Made by a program: the position numbers and the translations under genes
Assembly: GCA_937910785.1 (NCBI GenBank)
Contig: CALDLG010000029.1
Span: forward strand, 45-64,044
Length of the DNA: 64,000 bases
Reading direction: 5' to 3'
Source: an uncultured Lachnospiraceae bacterium
Lineage (GTDB): Bacteria > Bacillota > Clostridia > Lachnospirales > Lachnospiraceae
The notes under the pieces: generated by a model
The model's database searches: none
Seen by the model: only the letters and a program-made list of their open reading frames with translations
Told to the model about the DNA's origin: nothing
Shown here: positions 40,470 to 50,651 of the stretch, in pieces
Layout of the letters: every line of letters begins with the position of its first letter
Position numbering within the stretch: position 1 is the stretch's first letter

Positions 40470-42134
40470 ATGAAAAAATTGATTAACAGTAAATCTGCCG
40501 GTCTGGCGCTGATACTTGCATTGTCGCTCATGGCAGCCGGATGCGGTGCGGCAGACGGCGGTTCAAATGATGCGGCGCCGGCGGGAGACAGCGGGCAGGC
40601 AGACGCCGGCGAAAGCAGCGCGTCCGGAGAAAAAATTGTCAATATCGGTATTACGGATTCTCTGGGAGGAGTTAATCCGCTGACCATAGACCAGACATGG
40701 GTCAACAAGTATGCGATGGGACTGCAGTTTCTTCCGCTTGTGGATCTGGATGCCGAGCTGAATTTTCAGCCGATGCTGGCAGATTCCATAACGACGGAGG
40801 ATAACAGAAATTTTATTGTTCATATCGATGAAAAAGCGACGTGGTCGGATGGTACACCGGTTACCGCCGAAGACGTGGAATTTACCTTTTTGCGTCTGGC
40901 AAGCCCTGTCATTGCCAATCCGACATTGATGCTCTATGCTTTCGAAGGGGTAAGCGATGATGGCTTCGTGGAAGAGGGAGCAACCGGCGTAGAGGGTGTT
41001 AAGGTGCTGGATAAAAAAACGGTGCAGTTTACGACGAAGTACCCGATTGCACTTACGACTTTTGAGAATACCTATGCTTTTTACCTGCATACACTCCCGA
41101 AGCATATTTTGGAGAAGTACAGTGAAGCGGAGCTTTCAACACTGGACTGGTTCAATCACCCGGATGTAGTCAGCGGTCCGTATCGGCTGACGTCTTATGA
41201 TGTGGATCATTATATTTCCTATACGGCAAATGAACAGTATTGGAAGGGTGCACCCAAAATCGGAAAGCTGAATTTCAACATTCTGGATTCCAGCCAGATA
41301 TATGCGGGCTTACAGTCCGGGGAAATCGATGTGACGCATCACACGATGACAGCGATTCCGCAGGAAGACTATGAGAATATCGAGGCATTGGAGAACGTGG
41401 ATGTGGTGTATGGTTCGCCGGTTACGAATCAGTCTGTTTTTATTCAGACAGCCAATATTCCTGATGAAAAAGTGCGTCAGGCGCTCGTTTATGCGATCGA
41501 CAGAAATCAGATTTTAGAGCAGCTCATGAAGGGACATGGAGAGATCGTGGACGGTTTCCTTTCCTCTGCGAGTCCTTTTTATGACGAAAGCATCGAGCCG
41601 ATGCCATATGACCCGGAAAAGGCCAAAACGCTGTTGGCAGAAGCCGGATGGGACGGTTCTCAGACGCTGCGCTTCTATGTAAATTCGGGTGACGGTACAT
41701 TTGTCAATGCTGCACAGGCAATGGCGGCACAATGGGCGGCCGTAGGCATCAAGGCAGAGATACAGACAGTGGATCTGGCGTCTCTTATGACCGTCGCGGG
41801 TACGACGGACTATGACCTTTTTGCGGTACAGTATACCTATGCACCGGTTGACCCTTACCCGGATATTGCATGGCTGCTCGGCGGAGAAGGAAGCTGGACC
41901 GGCTACGGAGACGATCAAATCAATGAGGCGCTGTCATCGACACAGACTGCCGGAAGCATTGACGAAATGAAAAGTTTTTATTCTGTTGTAGATAAAAAGG
42001 TACAGGAAGAGGTGCCTATGTTTTCCGCCTATGTGATCAGCGCACAGGGAGCGGTCAATAAACGGCTGACGGGTGTGAATGCGAATGTGTATGGATTTTT
42101 TACCAATGTACATGAATGGGATATCGCAGAGTAA
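40470..42134 (+). CDS. Peptide/nickel-type ABC substrate-binding lipoprotein (SBP_bac_5)
   Basis: Lipobox AAGC, WSDG.PVTAEDVEFT, SGPY, VRQALVYAIDR, YDPEKAK.LL.EAG. Confidence 0.9.
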   Translation: MKKLINSKSAGLALILALSLMAAGCGAADGGSNDAAPAGDSGQADAGESSASGEKIVNIGITDSLGGVNPLTIDQTWVNKYAMGLQFLPLVDLDAELNFQPMLADSITTEDNRNFIVHIDEKATWSDGTPVTAEDVEFTFLRLASPVIANPTLMLYAFEGVSDDGFVEEGATGVEGVKVLDKKTVQFTTKYPIALTTFENTYAFYLHTLPKHILEKYSEAELSTLDWFNHPDVVSGPYRLTSYDVDHYISYTANEQYWKGAPKIGKLNFNILDSSQIYAGLQSGEIDVTHHTMTAIPQEDYENIEALENVDVVYGSPVTNQSVFIQTANIPDEKVRQALVYAIDRNQILEQLMKGHGEIVDGFLSSASPFYDESIEPMPYDPEKAKTLLAEAGWDGSQTLRFYVNSGDGTFVNAAQAMAAQWAAVGIKAEIQTVDLASLMTVAGTTDYDLFAVQYTYAPVDPYPDIAWLLGGEGSWTGYGDDQINEALSSTQTAGSIDEMKSFYSVVDKKVQEEVPMFSAYVISAQGAVNKRLTGVNANVYGFFTNVHEWDIAE

Positions 42135-42173
42135 AAGGCCGCTGTGCGGACTGCCGGTTTTTGTGGCGCGAAC

Positions 42174-42217
42174 TGTCAGCTTTCGTTGTGCAGAGTGTCA
42201 GCTTTCGTTATGCAGAT
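42174..42217. repeat. 2 x 22-bp tandem duplication
   Basis: TGTCAGCTTTCGTTGTGCAGAG / TGTCAGCTTTCGTTATGCAGAT (20 of 22 identical). Confidence 0.7.
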
Positions 42218-42302
42218 GTAATCGCGCCGGCTGATGTGGATACGATCGCATCGGCGTGCTTGCAGTATCAAAAAATTGATGTTATGATAAACGTTAAGCC
42301 GT

Positions 42303-42340
42303 AATACCACAGATGGCAGCAGACCGTCTGTGGTATTTGT
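42303..42340 (+). terminator. Hairpin after the SBP gene (partial terminator or stabiliser)
   Basis: AATACCACAGATGG / CCGTCTGTGGTATT stem followed by TGT. Confidence 0.6.
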
Positions 42341-42436
42341 CGCGATGACTGATTTTGAGCCGGTCCGCCGGATGACTGGCGCGGAATGCTTTTGATGCTG
42401 TCCGGATTCGCGGGCCATACGGGAATGGGGGATTGG

Positions 42437-43429
42437 ATGTCACATTTATTGGAAGTAAAAGGACTCACGACAACTTTCCAGGGAGATTACGGGAAAAATA
42501 TCAGCGTGGACCATGTTTCTTTTTATGTGGATAAAGGGGAAACGGTCTGCATTGTGGGGGAATCCGGCTGTGGAAAAAGCGTCACTTCCCTTTCGCTTAT
42601 GAGGCTGCTTTCCAGAAGTGGAGAAGTAACGGAAGGTACGGTTCTTTTTGACGGACAGGATTTATTTTCGATGTCGGAAAAGGAACTGGATAAGGTCAGG
42701 GGAAATCAGATGACGATGATTTTTCAGGACCCGCTGACGTCGCTTAACCCTGTTTTTACGGTGGGCAGTCAGATTACCGAAAGTATTCGGGTCCATATGA
42801 ATTTAAATAAGGAAGAGGCGGGAGCGAGGGCAGAAAAACTGCTTGCCAGAGTCGGTATGCCGGATGCGGCGGGAACGATGAGAAAATTCCCCCATACGCT
42901 TTCCGGAGGCATGAGGCAGCGAGCAATGATTGCAATGGCATTATCCTGTAATCCAAAGCTTCTGATTGCGGATGAACCGACGACGGCGCTGGATGTGACG
43001 ATACAGGCACAGATTATGAAACTGTTAAAAGAACTGCAGCAGGAAAACGGAATGTCCATTATCCTGATTACCCATGATATGGGACTGGTTGCCCGGATGG
43101 CGGACAGAGTGCTGGTGATGTATGCGGGACAGTTTATCGAAGAAGCATCCGTGCGGGAACTGTTTAAGAATCCGAAGCACCCATATACGGAGGCCCTGCT
43201 CGGTTCCGTACCGACGATTCGGGACGCGGCCGACAGACAGCTTTTTTCCATACCCGGTATTGTGCCGGAAGTTTATGATGAAATTACCGGATGCCGTTTC
43301 GCAGGGAGGTGCCCGCATTACGCCCCAATATGCGATAACCGACAGGAAGATTATGTGTTTGGGCCGGGACATACCGCCAAGTGCATAGTGCGGAAAGAGT
43401 TACGAAGTTCGAAGAAGGACAGAGACTAA
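42437..43429 (+). CDS. Peptide ABC ATP-binding protein (DppD/OppD-like)
   Basis: [29 protein letters not shown]. Confidence 0.92.
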   Translation: MSHLLEVKGLTTTFQGDYGKNISVDHVSFYVDKGETVCIVGESGCGKSVTSLSLMRLLSRSGEVTEGTVLFDGQDLFSMSEKELDKVRGNQMTMIFQDPLTSLNPVFTVGSQITESIRVHMNLNKEEAGARAEKLLARVGMPDAAGTMRKFPHTLSGGMRQRAMIAMALSCNPKLLIADEPTTALDVTIQAQIMKLLKELQQENGMSIILITHDMGLVARMADRVLVMYAGQFIEEASVRELFKNPKHPYTEALLGSVPTIRDAADRQLFSIPGIVPEVYDEITGCRFAGRCPHYAPICDNRQEDYVFGPGHTAKCIVRKELRSSKKDRD

Positions 43430-43618
43430 GAAGCACTGCGGATTGCGGTGCGATTGTGCCTGGGATTTTTCGAGGGGGTATCAGGCGTTTATGGAAGGAA
43501 AACAGAAAAAACCGCTGATTCTTCCGGCAGTCTTGCTCGGTATTGGCATTGCGGCCTGTGGGAAACCGGGCGTGGAAGCGGCGAGGCTGTTGTATTCGTA
43601 TTAGAGGAGGATTTTGCG

Positions 43619-44620
43619 ATGATGGAGCAGATTCCGTTTATTCAAGTGGAAAATATGAAAAAATACTATCCTGTTAAAGGTGGAATTATTCCGCATACGA
43701 CCGGATATATCAAAGCGGTGGACGGCGTCAGTTTTTCCATTATGCGGGGAGAAACGCTCGGCCTTGTCGGGGAATCCGGCTGTGGAAAATCCACGATTGG
43801 CAGACAGCTGGTGGGTCTGGAAGAGCCGACGGAAGGCAGTATTTATTATAAAGGAACGAATCTCTCCGAAATGAAAAAGGAGGAACGGCGGAAAATCCGT
43901 ACAAACCTTCAAATGGTTTTTCAGGACTCTTATTCATCGCTGAATCCGAGGAAGCATATATATGAAATTCTGGCGCAGCCGATGTTATATCATAAAGTTT
44001 CGGCCAAAGATACGGTCGAGAAAGATATTCTGAAACTGTTAGATATGGTAGGTTTATCGAAAAGTGTGCTTGGCCGGTATCCGCATGAGTTTTCAGGGGG
44101 ACAGAGGCAGCGAATCAGCATTGCAAAGGCGCTTTCCCTGAACCCGGAATTTATTGTCTGTGACGAACCGGTCAGCGCGCTGGATGTTTCCATACAGGCG
44201 CAGATATTGAATTTGCTGAAAAGTCTGCAGAAGGAACTGCATTTGACGATTCTTTTTGTGGGACATGGGCTTGGAGCGGTAAATTATGTCAGCGACCGGA
44301 TTGCGGTTATGTATCTTGGCAAAATCGTGGAAATCGGCAGGGCGGAGGAAGTCTTCCGCAATCCGGTGCACCCGTATACAAGAGCCCTGTTGGAGGCCGC
44401 GCCCGTGCCGGACCCGGAAGCGGAGGAAAAGGAGCGGGGCATTTTACAGGGAGAAATCGGAAGCAGCGCGGCGCCGCCAACGGGATGCAGATTTCATCCA
44501 AGATGTCCGTATGCGGTGGAAAGATGCGGGAAAGAGGAACCGGCCATGGTAAGAGCAGCCGATACGGACGGAACTGCCAGCGGGCATTATGCGGCCTGTC
44601 CGCGTATCGTGGATAAATAG
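43619..44620 (+). CDS. Peptide ABC ATP-binding protein (DppF/OppF-like)
   Basis: [35 protein letters not shown]. Confidence 0.92.
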   Translation: MMEQIPFIQVENMKKYYPVKGGIIPHTTGYIKAVDGVSFSIMRGETLGLVGESGCGKSTIGRQLVGLEEPTEGSIYYKGTNLSEMKKEERRKIRTNLQMVFQDSYSSLNPRKHIYEILAQPMLYHKVSAKDTVEKDILKLLDMVGLSKSVLGRYPHEFSGGQRQRISIAKALSLNPEFIVCDEPVSALDVSIQAQILNLLKSLQKELHLTILFVGHGLGAVNYVSDRIAVMYLGKIVEIGRAEEVFRNPVHPYTRALLEAAPVPDPEAEEKERGILQGEIGSSAAPPTGCRFHPRCPYAVERCGKEEPAMVRAADTDGTASGHYAACPRIVDK

Positions 44621-44633
44621 AGGGTATATGGAT

Positions 44634-45584
44634 ATGGGTAAATACATTTTAAAAAGAATCTTAATAGCAATCCCTGTGCTGATTGGCATTACGATAATAG
44701 ATTACGGAATTATGTGTCTTGCCGGGAGCCCGCTTGCAATGCTGCAGGGGCCCAGAGTATCGGAAGGTGCGCTGGAAGCCAAAAGGATTGCCTTAGGCCT
44801 GGATAAGCCTTTTTATATCCAGTATTTTGTCTGGCTCGGACAGCTTCTGCATGGTAATATGGGATATTCCATGAAATCCTATCAGCCGGTAGCGGCTATG
44901 ATCGGAAGCCATCTGGGACCTACGCTGCTGCTGATGGGAGTTTCCCTGCTTGTCAGTCTGCTGATTGCGGCGCCGGCGGGGATTTACAGTGCGGTTCATC
45001 AGTATTCGAAGGGCGATTATACGGTAGTGACGCTTTCTTTTCTGGGGAGCAGCGTGCCAGGATTTTTTTTATCGCTTTTACTGATTTATCTTTTTACGGT
45101 GAAACTCGGCATACTGCCGTCGAGCGGAATGATTACGCTAGGAACGGACGGAGGAGCTGCGGATGTGGCCAGACATATGGTGATGCCGGTCATTGTGCTG
45201 GCGGCCTCTATGGCGGGGAGCAATATCCGGTACATCAGGAGCGCGGTGCTGGAGATTTTACAGCAGGATTATCTGCGGACCGCGCGGGCCAAGGGAATCG
45301 GCCGGTTTCGGGTGATTTATAAGCATGCGCTCAGAAACGCGCTCATTCCGATTGTTACGGTTATCGGCATGGAGATTCCCATGCTGTTTGGCGGAGCGAT
45401 CATTATCGAGCAGGTGTTTTCCTGGCCGGGGCTCGGTCTGATGACGATGAGTGCAATCGGTAACCGCGATTATCCCGTGATCATGGGGGTATGCCTTCTG
45501 TCTGCGGTTGTCGTGCTGATCGGTAATCTCGTAACCGATATCCTGTATGCGCTCGTGGACCCGACGATTCAGCTGAGCGCCTGA
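44634..45584 (+). CDS. Peptide ABC permease (DppB-like)
   Basis: LGLDKP, DYLRTARAKG, RDYP, YALVDP. Confidence 0.92.
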   Translation: MGKYILKRILIAIPVLIGITIIDYGIMCLAGSPLAMLQGPRVSEGALEAKRIALGLDKPFYIQYFVWLGQLLHGNMGYSMKSYQPVAAMIGSHLGPTLLLMGVSLLVSLLIAAPAGIYSAVHQYSKGDYTVVTLSFLGSSVPGFFLSLLLIYLFTVKLGILPSSGMITLGTDGGAADVARHMVMPVIVLAASMAGSNIRYIRSAVLEILQQDYLRTARAKGIGRFRVIYKHALRNALIPIVTVIGMEIPMLFGGAIIIEQVFSWPGLGLMTMSAIGNRDYPVIMGVCLLSAVVVLIGNLVTDILYALVDPTIQLSA

Positions 45585-45630
45585 AAAGGGTATTTTTCCA
45601 AATGATGGCAGAAAGGGTTTAGGATAAACT

Positions 45631-46518
45631 ATGACAGATGCAAAAAACAGGAAAAACCGAAAAATTGCAACGGAGAGTTACCGGCAGACGATCATCAGAA
45701 GATTCAGGAAGCATCATCTGGCGGCAGTCAGTCTGGGGATTCTGCTTGTTTTGTGCGGCGCCGCGGTTCTGGCGCCGGTGATCGCGCCTTATGATCCGGA
45801 TGCCATGGTTGGGCCGTTTGCCAGTGCGCCCAGCAGGGAATTTCTGCTCGGTACGGATCAGATCGGACGGGATGTATTAAGCAGACTGCTCTATGCGACA
45901 AGAGTATCGTTACTGGTCGGTGTTATGGCGACACTGATTTCTACGGTGATTGGAGTGGTCCTCGGTCTGATTGCAGGTTATTTCGGCGGCGTTGCGGATA
46001 TGCTCATTATGCGCTTTACGGATATGGTAATGTCGTTTCCCTATATTCTGCTCGTGCTGGTGGCGGCATCCATTTTTAAGCCCGGTCTGTGGAATATCAT
46101 TCTGATTCTTGGCTTCGTGGACTGGCCGGGAATTGCGAGACTGGTGAGGGGCAATGTGCTGTCGCTCCGGGAAACCAATTTTGTCAAGGGAAATATTGTG
46201 GCGGGCATGCCGCTTAGACATATTCTGTTTTCGGAGATTCTGCCCAACACGGTGGCGCCGATTCTCGTCTATGCGACCTCCGTGCTGGCCATTTCCATGC
46301 TGGACGAAGCGGCATTAAGCTTTCTCGGCATGGGGGTACAGCCTCCGGCGGCGAGTCTCGGAAATATGTTAAACGGCGCCCAGTCGCTGACGATACTGAC
46401 CAGCCAGCCCTGGCTCTGGATTCCGCCCGGACTGGTGATCGTCGTGCTTGTCATTGCGATTAATTTTGTGGGAGATGCGCTCAGGGATGCGCTGGACCCG
46501 AATAGTGAGAAGCGGTAA
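45631..46518 (+). CDS. Peptide ABC permease (DppC-like)
   Basis: LGTDQIGRDVLSRL, DALRDALDP. Confidence 0.92.
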   Translation: MTDAKNRKNRKIATESYRQTIIRRFRKHHLAAVSLGILLVLCGAAVLAPVIAPYDPDAMVGPFASAPSREFLLGTDQIGRDVLSRLLYATRVSLLVGVMATLISTVIGVVLGLIAGYFGGVADMLIMRFTDMVMSFPYILLVLVAASIFKPGLWNIILILGFVDWPGIARLVRGNVLSLRETNFVKGNIVAGMPLRHILFSEILPNTVAPILVYATSVLAISMLDEAALSFLGMGVQPPAASLGNMLNGAQSLTILTSQPWLWIPPGLVIVVLVIAINFVGDALRDALDPNSEKR

Positions 46519-46566
46519 GAGAACGGCCGCGGGAACGTGCTGGCAGACAGAGAGAAAGGAATTTGC

Positions 46567-47697
46567 ATGATGGACATGAGGGAATTGGAGGAGGAGCTTC
46601 GAGAGGCGTTTTACTGGTTTCATGAGCACCCGGAGTTAGCCTATGAGGAGGTCCGGACGACGGAAAAAATCCGGGAGCTTTTGACGGCCCATGGAATTGA
46701 AATTCTTCCATATGAGCTGAAGACAGGGCTTGTGGCGGTGATCAGAGGAGAAAAGGAAGGTTCGGTCCGGGCGCTGCGGTGCGATATCGACGCGCTGCCG
46801 ATTGCGGAAGAGACGGGGTTATCCTATTGTTCCGCAGAACCGGGAAAGATGCATGCCTGCGGGCATGATATGCATATTACGGCGGGAATAGGCTGTGCAA
46901 TTCTTCTGCAGGAAAAGAAAAAGGATTTGACCGGAATGGTCAAAATTATATTTCAGCCGGCCGAAGAAACGTCTCTGGGCGCTTTGAAGATACTGGAAAC
47001 GGATGTGATGGAGGATGTGGAGAAAATCTGGGGATTCCACGCGGACCCGACGAATGAGGCGGGGGTGGTCGCTGTCCGGGAAGGATATGTTACGGCGGCG
47101 GTGGACCGGTTTGTCATTACGGTGAAAGGCGTTGGCTGCCATGGCGCGCATCCGGACCGGGGCATCGATCCGGTTCTCATAGCGGCGGCGGTTATTCAGG
47201 CGCTGCAGTCGATTGTCAGCCGAAATATCAATGCCTTTCATCCTTCCCTGCTCAGCGTGACGAGAGTCAGCGCGGGGACGACCTGGAACGTGATTCCGGC
47301 AGAGGCTGTGATGGAAGGCACTGTCCGTACGATGGAACGGGAGGACAGGATTCTGTACAGGGAGCGTCTGCATGAAATTGCAAAGAAGACAGCGCAGGCG
47401 TACGGCGCGGAGGCGGAAGTGGAATGGATCGAAGGACCGCCTGCCACATACAATGACAGACAGATGGCGGAGAACAGTGTAAAACTGGCGGAGGAGATGG
47501 GATTTTCGACAGCAGTGGAAGAAAGCTCTCTCGGCGGGGACGATTTCGCTTTTTATGAGGAAAAAATACCGGGCTGTTATGTGAAGCTTGGAACCGGAAT
47601 CGGACATCCGATTCATCACCCGGCTTTCGAGGTGAAACCGGAGATGCTGCTTCGCGCGGCACGGTTTTTGTGCGCGTGCCTGACAGCAGTGTTCTGA
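46567..47697 (+). CDS. M20D-family amidohydrolase (N-acyl-amino-acid deacylase-like)
   Basis: HEHPEL..EE, RCDIDALP, MHACGHD, FQPAEE, HH. Confidence 0.9.
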   Translation: MMDMRELEEELREAFYWFHEHPELAYEEVRTTEKIRELLTAHGIEILPYELKTGLVAVIRGEKEGSVRALRCDIDALPIAEETGLSYCSAEPGKMHACGHDMHITAGIGCAILLQEKKKDLTGMVKIIFQPAEETSLGALKILETDVMEDVEKIWGFHADPTNEAGVVAVREGYVTAAVDRFVITVKGVGCHGAHPDRGIDPVLIAAAVIQALQSIVSRNINAFHPSLLSVTRVSAGTTWNVIPAEAVMEGTVRTMEREDRILYRERLHEIAKKTAQAYGAEAEVEWIEGPPATYNDRQMAENSVKLAEEMGFSTAVEESSLGGDDFAFYEEKIPGCYVKLGTGIGHPIHHPAFEVKPEMLLRAARFLCACLTAVF

Positions 47698-47730
47698 GCG
47701 AAAGCACGGGATGCCGCAAAAAGAGATTAC

Positions 47731-48738
47731 TCAGTCCGCAGGAGGCATCGAAACTTCCCGCACCAGATTCGTCTGAAAATAATCCTTTATTTCTTCTGCA
47801 CTCCCGGTTTGTCCGAGTACCCACATCAGCTTTGTGACCGCGGCCTCCGCGGTCATATCATAGGCCTGAAGCACGCCGCCTTTCAGGGCGAGAAGTCCGG
47901 TCTCATAGACGGACAGATTGCTGCCTTCATAGGGGCACTGGCTTCCGGCAAGAACCGTCATGCCATTTTCAACAGCCTCCCGGACGGCCGAAGCGAAATC
48001 ATGTTTTAAAAAGGGCATTCCGCCCAGACCAAATCCCTCAATGTAAATACCCCGGTATCCCTGTTTCCGTAAGAGTTTGAGGATAGACGGATCGATACCC
48101 GGATACAGCTTCAGAAGAAAAACACGGTCAGAATAAGCCGGTTGTACCCGAAAAACGCCCTTTTTTTCAGGCAGAAGTTCTTTTCTGATATGAAGTCCGA
48201 GAGCGCTGATTTCCGCCACGTTGGGATAATTGGCGCTGTCAAAGGCATCAAAGCTCATGGATCGGATTTTGGATGTCCGGCAGCCCAGCATGACCTTTCT
48301 GTTGAAAGCGACAAAGACGCCGGCGCATCCGCCTGCCGCCATATGAATCGCACACCGGCAGTTTTCCATGGCATCCGCCACCGGATGGGAAATGGAAAGC
48401 TGGCTTCCGGTGATCACGACCGGGAGCGGAACATTCTGCAGCATAAAAGAAAGCATGGAGGCCGTATAAGCAAGCGTATCCGTACCATGGAGGATGACGA
48501 TTCCCTCGTAATTTCTGTAAACCTGTCCGATTTTTGCGGCCAGAGCCGCCCAGTCTTCAGGAAAAATATTTGCGCTGTCGAGGGAACAGAAATCTTCCGT
48601 TTCCAGCTCCAGATTTTTCGAAACCATGCGAAGCTCATTCAGAATTTCGCTGCTGGAAAGCCCCGGACTTAATCCCTGTTCACTGTGAACGGAAGAGAGC
48701 GTTCCGCCTGTGTTGATGATCAGAATTCTTTTTTTCAT
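47731..48738 (-). CDS. L-asparaginase (cytoplasmic, type I-like)
   Basis: TGGTL, LDS, HGTDTL, TGSQ, DMT.EAAVTKLMW. Confidence 0.9.
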   Translation of the reverse strand: MKKRILIINTGGTLSSVHSEQGLSPGLSSSEILNELRMVSKNLELETEDFCSLDSANIFPEDWAALAAKIGQVYRNYEGIVILHGTDTLAYTASMLSFMLQNVPLPVVITGSQLSISHPVADAMENCRCAIHMAAGGCAGVFVAFNRKVMLGCRTSKIRSMSFDAFDSANYPNVAEISALGLHIRKELLPEKKGVFRVQPAYSDRVFLLKLYPGIDPSILKLLRKQGYRGIYIEGFGLGGMPFLKHDFASAVREAVENGMTVLAGSQCPYEGSNLSVYETGLLALKGGVLQAYDMTAEAAVTKLMWVLGQTGSAEEIKDYFQTNLVREVSMPPAD

Positions 48739-48832
48739 CTGAAATATGCCTTTCTGTAAGCTTTTGGTTCTGTATCCTCTTATACCTGTGGTTTATGCCC
48801 TTTCAAATTGTCCGCATCTGGCTTTTGGCGGT

Positions 48833-50089
48833 TTAAAAATAATCCGAAAAATAAGGCTTTTCGACCGGAATCAGCCGTTCCAGCCATGTCAGCATATAGT
48901 ATTCCGTCTGAATTTTTTCATGTTCATAAAGATAAGTCGGCCTTTTATAGCCCATCAGCATTGTCGTCAGCGTGTTGACGGTAAGCTCCACGACATTGAT
49001 GCTCTGATTGTTTTCCACCCGTTCGCAGATTGTTTTTCCATCGCGCCAGGATACCATATAATCTCCTTCGTTCCAGGGAGCCATGGCATCATGGACGAGA
49101 AAATGGAGCTTGAGTTCCTCAGGCTGCACCTGATAGGGGTAGTCCGTGAGAAATGCTTTCACATCGACGATACGGGCCATAATATAGGGCGAGATTGTTT
49201 CCGTAATTTCGCTGTCGTCGAACAGATAGGCCATCGTTTCACCGGAATAGTTGTCGCCCTGCACCTGTGTGATCATGGAGAAATGGGCGCTGATATAATT
49301 CCACAGGCCATGGTTTGCCTCGATATTCAGATATACCATTTCCTTGATATGAAAAATTTCATTGGCGATGTAATAGACCACATAGCCGAGCGGTTTGTGC
49401 TCCCGGCTGTAATAAACGGCCGCGATAATATCTTCATTGTCCCAGCGCCAGTATTCTTCCCAGGACAGGGTATCGCGGATGAGCGCGCCATGCCGCTGCA
49501 GGGCGAAATAGGAGTGAACATTGTGATAGTCCTCTGAATCCAGACTGACCCGCTCCACCATGCCGTCCACCGGGACCGCCCTGGGAAGCTGTGTGTCTTT
49601 GACGATGAAGGTGAGTTTATCGGATACGATTTCCCAGCCCATTTTGCGGTAAAAGGGAATAGAATACGGATATAGAAAGGAAAGCGGCATTTTCTGTCGG
49701 TGGATATAATCGAGCGCATGCCTCATCAGAGAATGAATCAGCCCGCGGCCGGTATATTCGGGGTAAGTGGCGACGCCGGTAATGCCGCCCATGTCCATGA
49801 TCTCATCGTGGATATTTACCTTCATAGAGTAAACGACAATCATGGATGCCAGTTTCTCCTGATAGAACCAGCCCAGTACATATGCTTCTTCCAGAATGGG
49901 GCGTTTGGCGTATTTGATTTCGTCCTGTTCCCATCCCGTCTGAAAAAGATCGTAGGATGTAACCTGAAAAGCGTATTGCAGCAGTGCGTTGAACTGCTCC
50001 AGATCGCCCTTATCAAGTTCCCGCATCTTAAAGTTTTCATTGACTTCCAGATAAATGTGTTCGTGTGTCTCTTCCATATTGATTTCCAT
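48833..50089 (-). CDS. Eis-like GNAT acetyltransferase with C-terminal SCP2-like domain
   Basis: GGITGVATYPEY.GRG, SFLYP...FYRKMGWE, MARIVDV, D..APWN, PYFSDYF. The track's extension to 50581 crosses two promoters and the T-box. Confidence 0.85.
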   Translation of the reverse strand: MEINMEETHEHIYLEVNENFKMRELDKGDLEQFNALLQYAFQVTSYDLFQTGWEQDEIKYAKRPILEEAYVLGWFYQEKLASMIVVYSMKVNIHDEIMDMGGITGVATYPEYTGRGLIHSLMRHALDYIHRQKMPLSFLYPYSIPFYRKMGWEIVSDKLTFIVKDTQLPRAVPVDGMVERVSLDSEDYHNVHSYFALQRHGALIRDTLSWEEYWRWDNEDIIAAVYYSREHKPLGYVVYYIANEIFHIKEMVYLNIEANHGLWNYISAHFSMITQVQGDNYSGETMAYLFDDSEITETISPYIMARIVDVKAFLTDYPYQVQPEELKLHFLVHDAMAPWNEGDYMVSWRDGKTICERVENNQSINVVELTVNTLTTMLMGYKRPTYLYEHEKIQTEYYMLTWLERLIPVEKPYFSDYF

Positions 50090-50191
50090 GACTTTCTCGC
50101 CGTTAAGCTCCCGGAACAGGCAGGCCTGCCTGAGAGATTGCCCGTATTTCGAGCGCAGCTTCTTTAAACGGCGTGCGTTTTTGCTTTCTTT

Positions 50192-50220
50192 ATCATACTC
50201 GATGGAGAACGGATTTTCAA
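50192..50220 (-). promoter_or_regulatory. sigma-A promoter of the GNAT-asparaginase unit
   Basis: TTGAAA-17 nt-TATGAT. Confidence 0.65.
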
Positions 50221-50289
50221 GACGTGATAACTGAGCGGCCGCGAAAAATCTCTCTGAAAAATTTTTCTGCGGGGCCGGGGAAAACCTTC

Positions 50290-50319
50290 TTGACAACTTT
50301 CTTTTTCTGATATTATAAT
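50290..50319 (+). promoter_or_regulatory. sigma-A promoter of ileS
   Basis: TTGACA-18 nt-TATAAT. Confidence 0.7.
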
Positions 50320-50337
50320 AAGTCCAATATCCATATG

Positions 50338-50614
50338 CAAAGGCATTGAAGAAGAGAGTACCTGATTTTTCAAAATCGCAGCGAGCCGGTGACGGTGCAA
50401 GACCGGTATGAGTAGGAAATCGGGGAAGATCACTTCCGAGCTTTCGTCCGAACCCCGAAAGGGCAGTAGAGACTGACGGCATTCCACCGTTACCGGAAAC
50501 CGTATGAGATCCGTTCTTGCAGCAGCGAAGCGGCGGGACAGATATTCGTACGTTGTAACGGGTGGTATAACGAGCGCGCATGGCCTTGTCCTTTTACGGG
50601 ATGAGGCCTTTTTT
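50338..50614 (+). ncRNA. T-box riboswitch (Ile specifier)
   Basis: AGTA and GAG/GGTGCAA stem I motifs, specifier GAAG-ATC-AC at 50425-50433, T-box GGTGGTATAACG at 50561-50572, terminator GGCCTTGTCC/GGATGAGGCC plus T6. Confidence 0.92.
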
Positions 50615-50651
50615 AGTAACTTTTTTATCAATCAGAAACGGAGGGTTTAGG

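Noticed and set aside
50090..50581. N-terminal extension of the GNAT ORF to 582 aa
   Set aside because: Crosses its own promoter, the ileS promoter and the T-box; an open frame by chance.
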